Below the pieces are notes generated by a model. The model was not told where the DNA came from, did not search any database, and worked only from the letters and a program-made list of their open reading frames with translations. A program made the translations under genes and the position numbers. Source: Antedon mediterranea (Eukaryota; Animalia; Echinodermata). Taken from it: DNA of 64,000 nt. Each line of letters opens with the position of its first letter. Position 1 is the first letter of the stretch. This document shows, piece by piece, positions 25,901-36,632 of this stretch. The stretch is taken from contig NC_092674.1 of NCBI RefSeq assembly GCF_964355755.1, positions 25,668,001 to 25,732,000 on the forward strand, in the 5' to 3' direction.

Positions 25901-28900
25901 TGAATAAGGTAACACTATTGTAATTGTGTGTACAAAACTAAGCAAAACATTTTGAATTTATAACCCTAGGTTTTACATTCAACAAATAGAATTTCAGAAG
26001 CTGAAACTCTTGGTACAGTAGGCCTACTGTATCTATTATTTTTACAGTATTATAGGCAAAATCTCAGTGTGATACAGTCATAGGCTATAAGCAGAATTTG
26101 CCTATAATACTGGACATACTGCCATATATGGAGATGTTACAGTACAGAGTGGAATCTGTTTCAATGCCAGAATTTACAATGATATAGAATCTAAAGCAAA
26201 GTCAAGTTGTAACACCTGTATTCTAAAATAGTTGTACTAAGTAACACCTGGGATGTAAAAATTAGAAAGGAACAGCTGGATTGTAAACAATTATATTAAA
26301 GAAACACCTGGGATGTAAACATTAGGTATAACATCTGAAATCTAAATATTAGTAAAAGTAACACCTGGATTTTAAACAATTGCAGGCCTAAAGTTACACC
26401 TGGGATGTAAAAATAGTTATAGTGCTATTAACACCTGGAATCTAAATATTAGTATAGTATCTATCAAAATAGAACACTAACTTAATTGAACGCAACTAAG
26501 TACTACCTACACGAAGCCAAGTTACCACATGTTGGCGTTTGCAGGATACAATGTACACTCAGAGTTCTTGGTGACCAATTCAAATCAAGCACGCTCTGCT
26601 GACTTCTTAGTAACCTTTCACCTAGATCTGAATCTAATGGTGCCGACTGCTCACAACCTGGCCTTGAAACTAACTGGCTCTTACGTACAGTAGCTACACT
26701 TTCCTGTGTCCTAGAGAACGTGTCTGCCTGACTTGGATCTACATTATGTGAAGATGGATCTTCTATCTCTTTCTCATCATCAAATAAATCATCTTCTCCC
26801 GTATCAAATGCTTCTGCATCGTCGGACGACAGAGTCGACCCACCGGTCTGAACCTCTAAGCTTGAGCTACTCTCATGACTCATATATGACGTTTCTAATC
26901 TTAATAAGGGTGGGTACCTAATGTTACTTTCTTCTGGGAATGTAGTGGGGGATTTGCTAGTTTCTTCCCCAGGGGAAGCGGTTTGGTACTGCTCGTCACT
27001 ACCCCTCGGCGACGTTTCATTACTTTTCCTGACACTATCCAAATCCATATGTACCCCAGACTGGTACCCACTTAAACGGTCCTGCCTCATCTTCTGGAGG
27101 TCATTAAAGGTCAAATAAGATGGGTAGGGTTGATGACCCCTACTAGCAACATGGATACAATTATGCTCTGATTCACCCATTAGTTTATTTGCTAAGTTTT
27201 CTTGGGATTGTAAAATCTCTAAGTAGCTATTGGAATATGTAAGTTTGTTGTCCTTCTCTACCTGAGCTAGGCTTTGTTTTACTCTCTCTAATGGGCATGT
27301 GGCAAACATGTTAAGTGTGGCCGTGATGTTACTCAACTCCGGAGGATGTCTTGTCCAATCACCTGCCTGAGATGATAACTTACCGAGGTGTGTAAATAAA
27401 TTCTTGGCAATTTGAAGTAACGACTGAAAAAAAAAGAAAGAAAATAAACTACCATAAAAAACATGAAAGAAGTTCAGGAGTAATTTCAATAATTCAGAAT
27501 TAGATCAATAAACTGATTATGATGGTTAGCTGAAATAATTTGGTTGGCAGTTAATTAACCAACATAATCAAATTGGAGTTGCTACAGTATCTAGAATTCA
27601 CATTTCTCAAAAATTATGTAATTTTCAATTGTGTAGCAAGTAGCTGAAACAGTGAACAAACATATTATTTTAAAAATGTATTATTTATTTCTTTAGGATC
27701 TTTTCTGTTTTAATGTGCACACTGAATCTGGTTGAAAACGTTTATACAAAAAGACTTAAGCTCTGTCTACACTTTTAAACTTTATGTGACCATAGAGATA
27801 TTATAGTGAACAAAAACATGTTGTGTTTCCATATATGGACACGATAACATCATAGCACTACCATATTTGGGCACACCACACATTATTTGTTAAATTAGTT
27901 TAATAGATAGTGTAAAAATTGGACAATATCGACAAAAGATGGGCTGGAGATGAGTGTCTTTCTTTTGTTGTTGTTTCTGTATTTTTACTTTGTGAGTCAG
28001 TTTAATATACTGGGTCCTATACTGAATAAGCTAACCAGTAGATATAAAGAAGAGATAAATAAAGATGATACTGTGTAATATTTTTGTCTCTATATATTAT
28101 CATCATTTAATCATGGTGCTTACAAATCTTAGTCATCTAAACTGCAGAAGTATGATGTCAACATTTCATACGCATAGACGGAAAGCTATTAGACAGGCAA
28201 TATAAAGAAATTGAACACCACTAATGCAACTTAATGACGGGCAAAAGAGCGCTTACAAATCACTTGAAATCCAACACCTAAATACAACTTATGAATATAA
28301 ATTAATTTGAAACTCGAAAGCAGAAATTATTGCGCAAACTGCTTTTAAAGTAGAAATGGATTTATGCTATTTTGATTAGAAAAAGCAGCCCTTGTCCTAA
28401 TGTACACTAGGGACCCTAACCGAGGTCGGAGGATTACGTAAAATTAACTATTTGTTACAGTAGTGTTAGCCTAAACATGCGAGTAGGAGGTACACATATT
28501 AAATTATATATTGAAATCATTCTGAATAAAACATGATGGTATATTGAGTTTAAATAATTTACAATTATAACAAGCTACAAATTAGGTTAACTAATTAAGA
28601 ATAGAAAGCAATGTTCATGATAATCAAAGCGTTAAATTTGAGGTAGCATGTTATCGGACAAGATGCGCTTAGTTCACGAGAAGTCAGTGACGATATGTTT
28701 GTGAATTAGAGTATTATGGTGTCGGTTTTTATACCTCTAGAGAAATCTAATTCTAAAATTAATAGTATCAAAAGCAAACTGTATTATAAAATATGTATAT
28801 TTATTTATGATCTGTCAAATAACATTAGCGTTATTATTCAATTGTCTTGTCCTTTGGAAAGGATGTTGAACTTTACTCTTGGTTATGTGCATGAACCATT

Positions 28901-31900
28901 TGTTCTGTTGTGCTATCTACACTTAAGCCCAGCTTTATTAAAAATGATTTAGAATTAGTTTATATTATAGATACAGTTTATATTCACTTGGATCAGTCAA
29001 TAGATTCTATAAAGTGAAGAATGGAAATGAATGAAATCTAAGATAATACTGGTGTCCAATCAAATGACGTCACATACGATTTTATTGCTGTTACATGATG
29101 ATGTCATTTGATTGGACATGTGAGAATATTATTTTCATAAAGGCAGCATAAATGGTTATCTTAAGGTCTAGAATGACTTTTCTAATTTCTTTTTGCTTTT
29201 GTTATTGTTTTTATTGCTGATCGTTATCATCCTTTTTTGTCCTTACTTGTGTTTCTTGTTTAAGTTTTCGTTCTTTCTGTAAAGCTAGTGTACTTGTAAG
29301 TACTGGGATGGTATATCTGAAACACTGCCTAATCACGTCATCATCAAATGGTGTGTAACTATCAAATATAGAAAGACAGAAATTAGTAAAACTCATACAA
29401 AACATCAATTGGTGTGTAACTATGAAATATAAAAAGACAGATAAATACAGTATTCATAACAAATATTGATTGGTGTAACTATGAAATATAAAAAGATAAT
29501 ATAGTATTCATAAAAAACATTGATTGGTATGTAACTATCAAATATAAGACAAATATCAAATATAAAAAGACAAATACAGTATTCATAAAGAACATCAATT
29601 GGTATGTATCGATTAGTTATAAAAAGACATAATTAGTAAAATTCATATACAACATCAATTGGTGTGCAATTATCAAACATATTTTAATTCAATATACTGT
29701 ATGTATACAACATCGATTTATGTGTATCTATCAAATATAGAAATACACAACGTTTAATTCTTTCACATTTGTATAAACTGAAAGACGTCATCAACAGGCT
29801 TGGCATTGAGCCAACTAAAGCTATCCATCCGTTCAAAGTTAATTGAAAACTTACACACACGTTATGTTATTTGTATGAATAAATAATACAAGAAAATTAC
29901 CGAAATTAATTTTTGATGATGATGTCATAATTGTATCAAGCATTAGCTCAAGAATTGCAGCTTTCAATTTGTTCGATGCATTGATAAATATGATTGGCAT
30001 AGGTTATCTCTCGCTTAGTATATAATAGTGTACGTATGTTATAATTAAACAACATAAAATGTATTCAATTGTCTTTGCAATATTATATAAACGAAACAAG
30101 TGCATGAAAATTCTGAACAGATCTGATTTGCGATGTTTTGACTCTATGACGCTGTAAACGCAGGAACTGTAAAATCTTAGAAAAATGATCAAGCGCAGGT
30201 GATCTATTTATGTTTTTATTTTTTGGTCTTTCTAAGATCTGAAAGTAGTGATGGATTCAAGTCCATGACTTGAGAACAACTTGCAAGTACGCGAGTTGAA
30301 CTACAGTAAGGCAAGGAACTTTGACGTAACTAAGCAGGTTTGATTTCACGCAGACAGGGGCAAGTACAATTATGGGAAGGGCATTTTCTTATGTTTCATT
30401 GCGTCACTAGTGGGACCCATGCTTTAGTGGGAGGCTGGAAGATGACTCAATATACATTAGGAAACCTGGATGTCTGAGCGATACTGAGTGTTAAAACACT
30501 TTCAGATTAACACTATCTAATTAAACACATACAGTATTACGTGTTGATCTGGAGGTCTGATACAAAGTATTTGGACAACTTTTAACACATTGTTACCTTT
30601 CTTAAATACACAAACAATTGCTACTGCAGCCCTTGTTGGTGGTGGAAACCACGCTTTAGCAGGAGGCGGGAGGATGACTCGATATAGGAAACCTGGAGAT
30701 CTGATACTGACTAATTAACATATTATTACCTTTCTTTATTAAGTTGATCAAATGCACAAACAATTGCTACTGCAGCCCCTATTTAATTACATTGCGTCGC
30801 TGGTGTGGGAACCATGCTTTAGCAGGAGGTGGGAGGATGACTTGATATAGGAAACCTGGAGGTCTGATACTAACTATAATTAACACATTATTACCTTTCT
30901 TTATTAAGTTTGTTAAATGCACAAGCAATTGCCACGGCGGCCCCTGTCGCTTGGTTAACTACAGGAACAAACATTGCACATGTGATCTCTAATCCTAACC
31001 TTTGATTCAACTCCAATCTGCCAGCCTGAAATGAAATTTTAAAATGAACACTGAATATTCTTATTTATTTTTATTCTATTCTCATAAAAAAATGGATGAT
31101 AAAGCTTATGATTGCATTGGGATGTAAAATTGTTGTGATGTCAAACTGCATTTTGGGAAGCAAACTGCATTTTGGGATGTCAGATTGCTTGTTATTGTTG
31201 GATGGATCTAACAAAATTATTTATCCATTATTCAAACCGTAATTTTTTTTCATAAGAGAAAATTGAACAATTTCATTAAAACTACAAAATGGCCTATTGC
31301 AGTTATTAATTCATTTATCTTTATATTTCATGTTTTAAGGGAACAATACTTTATCTTTATCATTAACAATCTTTAACATTACAAAATATTATTATGGTCA
31401 GAGTTGACAACAATAAATTGAAATGCTGTAATAAAAATGATAGAAGTTAACATGTTATTGCGTCAAAGCCAAAATTAGCATATTGAACAGAATAACAATT
31501 ATGTTTACTCAACTGAATAAATGAATACGGTATGTAACTATTCACATTCAATTTTATTCACATATAAATACAGTATAATATGTAAAAAGGAGCCAAACAT
31601 TATTCCATGATTATAAAACAAAATAATAATATAATATGACAACGTTTATATTTGAATTATGGACATAATTACCGTTCTACAATACATCAACACAAATAAA
31701 AATGATTAGTATAAAAATACAGTGGAAAATACTAGTCATTTCAATAAAATAAACTATTAAAGTTACTCTGATATCAAAGCATATTTTAATAAAAGTATTC
31801 TTTATAATTTTTCAATATTCTTGATATTGTTATTTAATAGTTATTCTTCATTCAAAACTCATTGTATCCTTTTTAAATAATTGTACTCAATAGGCTAATT

Positions 31901-34900
31901 TTCAATATTCTTGATATTGTTTTTAATAGTTATTCTTCATTCAAAACTCATTGTATCCTTTTTAAATAATTGTACTTAATAGGCTAATTTTCAATATTTA
32001 CATATTTATTTAAGTGGTTTTATATAGAGTATTTATTGATCTGTTTTCTGTTTCATACCTTTAAGTGGCAACTTTCGTTGCTTTTGGCTTTGACGAAATA
32101 AAAATAAAAATAATGTATTGTTAACCTGTGTAAATTGATAATAAAATTAACCCATAATATTGACCTGATGAAATTTTAAATTTATTACCCATGTATAATT
32201 GTAATACAGTACTGTCAAGTTTTATTACCCACAATGCTTAATTGCTGTAGACATGTTTTAGCTCCATTACTTTACCCATAATACTTTGCAAATAACTTAT
32301 TTTAGCTTAATATACAAAATGCAGTATATAAATAAATCAATCCACATTTTTATGCAGTAGACAACTGAGTTTAAATATCCACTATGCTTTGTAGTAGGCA
32401 TATTTTAGCTCCATTATTTTACCCATAATACTTTGCAAATGACAGCTTTAAATAATACTAAATGCAGTATTATGTAGTAGACATGCTAGGTTTAAATACC
32501 CACAATACTTTGCAGTATTCTTGTTAGAGCGCAATTACCTATAATTCATCGCAAGACGTATGTTACTTGACATTTCAATAACAAGAAATTACCATGAATA
32601 CAAGAAAAACAAAATTACAGTTCTAAAAACACAGCACTGTCTCATAAATGTGTGCTATTTAATACAAATATCTTGTCATCAGATGAGCAGATTGTGGCCT
32701 TATTTATTATCTAGCTCTGTAAATTGACTGACAAATTTGTGTAATAAACTTTGATGCATGTAGGTTGGATACATTATGAACGAAAACTAACATGAACAAT
32801 AAATTGAAATGGCCGAGGAAATGAGAAATTAACAAGAGACTGAGTGATAGGAAACGATTTTTGAAATGATGAGAAGAGAAAGGATGACGAGCACCACAAG
32901 GAGAATTAAAATCACAGTGACAAGTAAAGAAATAATGAGACTATGATTGAAAATGATCATAAACTCTTCAAGACTAAGAGAGACTCCCAAAGAGGTAAAA
33001 ACATCTGGTAACAGAAAATTGCAGTGATACTCTAGCTTGGCAGGAGACAAGCTTGTTTTCAAATATCCAAAACTTTGGTTCATTCAGTACCACATTTTTT
33101 TACAAAGTATAACAATATTTGTTATTGTTGTCACATGCATGGTAATATGCAATAAAACATCTTGGTGGGACACAAGCTTGCCTTTAAATTTAATTTAAAT
33201 GCTTTTTGGTCCATTCATTACAACATTATGATTCCACACCACTCCATACCACACTTTTTACAAAGCATCAAACACTATTTTTTATTCTTGGTACATGCAT
33301 GGTAGTATGCAATGAAAAATCTTGATGGGAGTCAAAATTTCAAAAGCTCTGGTTCATCATTACAATATTCTACACACTCCACATCTTTCTAGTAGTGGTG
33401 TAATGGCTATGAGCAGTCACTTGTTCCAGAGCTTAAGGGGCCCCGAGAGCATCAGCAGCCCCATGCAACTACCAAGTGTACACAGTCCCTGCTAAATCAG
33501 GGGCCTCTCATGCATTATGTTTTCTAGACTTTTTACAAAGCATATCAATATTTTTTATTTTTGTCACATGCATGGTAATATGCAATAAAAAAATATCTAA
33601 TTAAAACAACCATAAAAGATATATTTTTTCAGAATTAAATCAAGAACACAACTCACTTCACCAATATCGGCTAACTTCATAGTATCCTTGGCAATTAATA
33701 TAGAACTTAAACAGCATGTTGGAATCTAAGAAAACAAGAAGATTATATTGGTTTCATTTTTATTCGACCAGCATAAACAAAATTAAACAATATAGCAACA
33801 AAACATAAAATGCAACAATGCTAGGCAGGGAGAGGTTTAAAAGCAAAGTAACTTGCTACCGTCAACTCTCCTAGTAGAGGACAGTCTTTGGGGTGGGCTA
33901 TAGCCTAATATGTCTGGTTTTCTGGAAAGTCTGGTCATGGAGCTATACTCCATGGTCTGGTATTTGGAATGTGTTTCTAATGGTAACAATAAATTTGGGA
34001 GAAAGGTCTGGTTTTGGGAGAGTTGACTGTATTAGTATATAATTACACTACAATTTTGAACAACCTTTTCAAACTACATTGGCCCATCCGCATAATTTTG
34101 TTTAGGCCGAAACTAGGGAGTTAAATTTTGTCTTTACATTATTGAATATATGCATGATGCATGACACTAACATGGCATACAGTATCTACTAATGTGCTAA
34201 TGACTACGATTTCTTCTCTCATTTACTTGACATAGTTCCAGGACATTTAGAAAACCAAGCATAAAAATTACAAAAGAAAAAAATAGAAAATGAAATAATA
34301 CTTACTGCAAATCGAACCTCTTGTTCAAGAACATTACTTCCAATAACCTAAACAAGAAAACAATTTGAAATAATTTTATTTTTACTATCTTCTAAGGACA
34401 GGAGGGGCACATTGAAAGTATTGTACATTTAGCTCTCTCTCCTCTAAACTAGTTTGAAAAAAAAAAGTGTGCACACATACGGTAGTAATATGCCCAAATA
34501 TGGTAGTGATATTGCATCATTATATCTATAATATATGGGCACATCACATTGTTTGATAGTGCAGACAGAGAAGCAACATCTTTTTACAAATTATTTTGGT
34601 CCTTTAAGTTAACTATAACATTGAATTTTTTTTATAGGATAGGATACTTTTTTCACTAAAGATTTTCACTGTAGATTTGAGCAGTAAATATTGTTCTTGT
34701 GCATCATCTTATTTCTCGGGGTTATTCTTAGCTCTGTCTACACTATCAAACATTATGTGACAAAAAAATGTAATGTGCCCATATATGGATATGATGATGT
34801 CATATCATTTCCATATTTAAGCATATCACTACCATATTTGGGTACATCACACACTTTTGTCACACAATTAAGTTTGACAGAGCATTAGCACATTTCATGG

Positions 34901-36632
34901 ACTTTTTTTTGTGTAGCACGTAGAAATGCTTTAGACAACCAAAATATTATTATAACACTGAAGAGCTCTACTACTATGACATAAATTGGAGATCAGACTG
35001 TAAAACCACAACAATGGCAGTTCTAAATGCAAAGGACATCTTTTATTGAGAAAAAAAAATTAATGACATTGGATTACTTTATAGCTATAGCATCTGTTTT
35101 CATAATCAGACAAATTACGTTTGAATAATAAATAATCATTTTTTATTATTGTTGTTCCATTAATTTGTATGAAAACATCATTACGATGAACAAGATGTTT
35201 CTATACTGGAATTAACGCTGGTTTATTGTAAAGTGGCCGTGTATCTAAAATATTAAAGGGGTCAAATAAATTTCTCAAAGATCGGTCTTGAAAATAAATA
35301 TTATTTTGCATTAGAAATTTCATCCATTATACTGTTCTTGTAGCCATCTTCTGCTGAATACATATGGCAGTCATTGACATCATCACTGCTGGAATTTGCA
35401 TAGGTCATTATCAGAGTTCATCATTTACAGAGGTCATCAAAACATGTCACTATGAGAGGGCAACAACAAAGGTTATAACTAAAGTCATCATTTACAGGTC
35501 ATCATAGGTCGTCAAAACAGGTCACCATGAGAGGGCAATACCACAGGTCATACCATCCATCAAGATATTAGATCATCACCAGGTCAGCATAGGTCATCAC
35601 AGCAGCATCGCCACACATTTTGATCATGCAGGTCACCACAATACTGTATGTTGCCCTCATACTGTTGGTCATCACAATAGGTCATACTGTAGGTCACATA
35701 CTGTAGGTCATACTGTAGGTCACAACTATGCTTTGTAGGAATACACAGTGGTATGTGATTGAACTACAGTATGCCAGTTATTATACAGTATTCATCCGCA
35801 TAAAGTACCTCATCTTTTGAAATTATTATTGACCCTGAGGCAAAGATACTGTAACAATAAATCAGATCATCAAATGTTTCAAGATAAATATATGAAACAT
35901 GACATACACTAAAGCTCTGTCTACAATATCACACAAATGTGATGTGCACATATATGGACACGATGACATCATATCACTACAATATTTGGGCACATCACAC
36001 TTGGTTAGTACTTACTTGGCAAAATAACTCTGTTGTATCCTCAGATACCACTAATAGGGCACAGCATTCAGATTTTGTATGTTTCTCCAACTATTTATAA
36101 TAAGAAAAGATTTCTTTGTAAGGAAAAAGAATGTCACAGTTTATTTTGCGCTAATAGGGAGATATTATTTCAAGTTCCATGACATCATAATTGGCCCAAA
36201 TAGAATAATTAAGAGGCCCTGATTCTTATTCCTACAGCTGTGTTTTTTGTGGTTTATCTTAGCTTTATACACACAGTGTATCATAATTACCAAGTGATTT
36301 AACTATCAGTAAAACACCTATACTAAGGACACTATAGGACCCAACAAAGAGTCCCCCCCCCCCCAAATAGTGGTTGACCATAGTTTAAAAACATACAATT
36401 CCCATTTCGTTTCAAAAGAAAAGTGTTTTATTATTAATAGGGGTGTACCAAAGGAGGGGTAAACTCCTAATCGGATAATAAACAAAGAACTTACATATTT
36501 AATAACTTTTAACTGCATTGATGCCGCATTGCCATCATGGAGATCGCCGCACAACTCCAGTACGTCACTCTGATTCATCGTGGATTCTTGATCAATCTCA
36601 CAATTTTTTAGTCTTTCTATACACACAGCAAT
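13732..36632 (-). CDS. PDE2A: cGMP-dependent 3',5'-cyclic phosphodiesterase (PDE2A-like), 22 coding exons recovered, 5'-incomplete (736 aa)
   Basis: The phase-consistent GT-AG exon chain totals 2211 nt. It encodes GAF-A (ACAFNK), GAF-B ([29 protein letters not shown]) and a class I PDE catalytic domain ([47 protein letters not shown]). [13 protein letters not shown] and [17 protein letters not shown] are PDE2-like as recalled from vertebrate PDE2A. Confidence 0.95.
15368..15554. mobile_element. MITE family 1
   Basis: TIRs flanked by TAA and TTA; about 15 nt from a PDE2 donor. Confidence 0.8.
15570..15715 (-). CDS. PDE2A: PDE2 exon (catalytic domain)
   Basis: [18 protein letters not shown]...[15 protein letters not shown]. 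Confidence 0.95.
15812..15977. mobile_element. Harbinger-like MITE (TIR AGCGTGGTTCCCACTAG); related copy at about 37095-37388
   Basis: agcttggttcccactag...ctagtgggaaccacgct, highly palindromic. Confidence 0.75.
16225..16337 (-). CDS. PDE2A: PDE2 exon (catalytic domain)
   Basis: [26 protein letters not shown]|gtaagt. Confidence 0.95.
16629..16728 (-). CDS. PDE2A: PDE2 exon (catalytic domain)
   Basis: [24 protein letters not shown]; the acceptor is the less common AAG (tttgaag). Confidence 0.92.
16982..17056 (-). CDS. PDE2A: PDE2 exon (catalytic domain)
   Basis: [25 protein letters not shown]. Confidence 0.95.
17376..17423 (-). CDS. PDE2A: PDE2 exon (catalytic domain)
   Basis: [16 protein letters not shown]. 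Confidence 0.95.
17514..17601 (-). CDS. PDE2A: PDE2 exon (HD signature)
   Basis: [22 protein letters not shown]. Confidence 0.96.
17939..18132 (-). CDS. PDE2A: PDE2 exon (catalytic domain)
   Basis: [30 protein letters not shown]. Confidence 0.96.
18816..18972. mobile_element. MITE family 1 (near-consensus copy)
   Basis: TAA|AGCTCTGTCCACACTATCAAACT...AGTTTGATAGTGTAGACAGAGCT|TTA. Confidence 0.88.
19063..19182 (-). CDS. PDE2A: PDE2 exon
   Basis: VTDED...[13 protein letters not shown]|gtaagg. Confidence 0.9.
19826..20005 (-). mobile_element. tRNA-derived SINE family B
   Basis: Collinear with the copy at 21060-21280. Confidence 0.8.
21060..21280 (-). mobile_element. tRNA-derived SINE family B
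   Basis: Minus-strand head has A-box-like tagcttggtgg and B-box gggttcaatcc. Other copies are at about 4098, 8925 (partial), 19826 and 57500. Confidence 0.8.
21510..21587 (-). CDS. PDE2A: PDE2 exon
   Basis: [26 protein letters not shown]. Confidence 0.94.
21695..21768 (-). CDS. PDE2A: PDE2 exon (end of GAF-B)
   Basis: [22 protein letters not shown]. Confidence 0.94.
22274..22312 (-). CDS. PDE2A: PDE2 exon (GAF-B)
   Basis: [12 protein letters not shown]. Confidence 0.92.
22568..22904. mobile_element. Kolobok-like MITE family 2
   Basis: TTAA|AGATGTATTGTCCCC...GGGGACAATATATCT|TTAA. Confidence 0.85.
23168..23296 (-). CDS. PDE2A: PDE2 exon (GAF-B)
   Basis: [34 protein letters not shown]. Confidence 0.95.
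23745..23872 (-). CDS. PDE2A: PDE2 exon (GAF-B)
   Basis: [18 protein letters not shown]...[10 protein letters not shown]. Confidence 0.95.
24030..24290 (-). mobile_element. tRNA-derived SINE family A inserted in a family-1 MITE (23941-24381)
   Basis: Reverse-complement match to 54989-55297, with MITE halves on both sides. Confidence 0.8.
24641..24957. mobile_element. Kolobok-like MITE family 2
   Basis: Collinear with 22568-22904, TTAA-flanked. Confidence 0.8.
25047..25110 (-). CDS. PDE2A: PDE2 exon (GAF-B start)
   Basis: [20 protein letters not shown]. Confidence 0.93.
25256..25567. mobile_element. Tandem dimer of MITE family 1
   Basis: Two near-identical head-to-tail copies. Confidence 0.85.
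26211..26450. repeat. Degenerate ~30-bp tandem repeat, 8 units with an AACACCTG core
   Basis: Cores at 26211, 26243, 26271, 26303, 26330, 26360, 26395 and 26430. Confidence 0.8.
26511..27383 (-). CDS. Putative alternative PDE2 coding segment (291 codons, Ser/Thr/acidic-rich), continuous in frame with the 27384-27423 exon
   Basis: Stop-free for 873 nt in AT-rich intron context. It ends at T|gtaggt, a phase-1 donor compatible with the next exon (25110). Confidence 0.65.
27384..27423 (-). CDS. PDE2A: PDE2 exon (GAF-A/GAF-B linker)
   Basis: [14 protein letters not shown]|gtaagt. Confidence 0.93.
29247..29358 (-). CDS. PDE2A: PDE2 exon (end of GAF-A)
   Basis: [37 protein letters not shown]. Confidence 0.93.
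29342..29745. repeat. Degenerate ~60-bp tandem array of about 7 units containing the PDE2 exon acceptor
   Basis: Recurring catcaattggtgtgtaactatcaaatata. Confidence 0.85.
30400..30945. repeat. Tandem array (units of about 130-190 bp) containing the PDE2 exon 3' end and donor
   Basis: Recurring ttacctttctt...aaatgcaca(a/g)caattgc...gccc and ggaggatgact...taggaaacctgga. Confidence 0.85.
30895..31025 (-). CDS. PDE2A: PDE2 exon (GAF-A)
   Basis: [43 protein letters not shown]. Confidence 0.92.
31808..31998. repeat. ~89-bp tandem duplication
   Basis: taattttcaatattcttgatattg...aataggc occurs twice, plus a partial third unit. Confidence 0.9.
33657..33725 (-). CDS. PDE2A: PDE2 exon (GAF-A)
   Basis: [23 protein letters not shown]|gtgagt, phase 0 to 0. 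Confidence 0.8.
34306..34347 (-). CDS. PDE2A: PDE2 exon (GAF-A)
   Basis: [14 protein letters not shown]|gtaagt. Confidence 0.88.
35400..35725 (+). repeat. Low-complexity AGGTCA-core repeat cluster
   Basis: 12 exact AGGTCA hexamers on one strand in about 320 bp. Confidence 0.8.
36016..36090 (-). CDS. PDE2A: PDE2 exon (GAF-A)
   Basis: [25 protein letters not shown]|gtaagt. Confidence 0.9.
36495..36632 (-). CDS. PDE2A: PDE2 exon (GAF-A start)
   Basis: IAVCIERLK...[23 protein letters not shown]|gtaagt. Confidence 0.9.
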
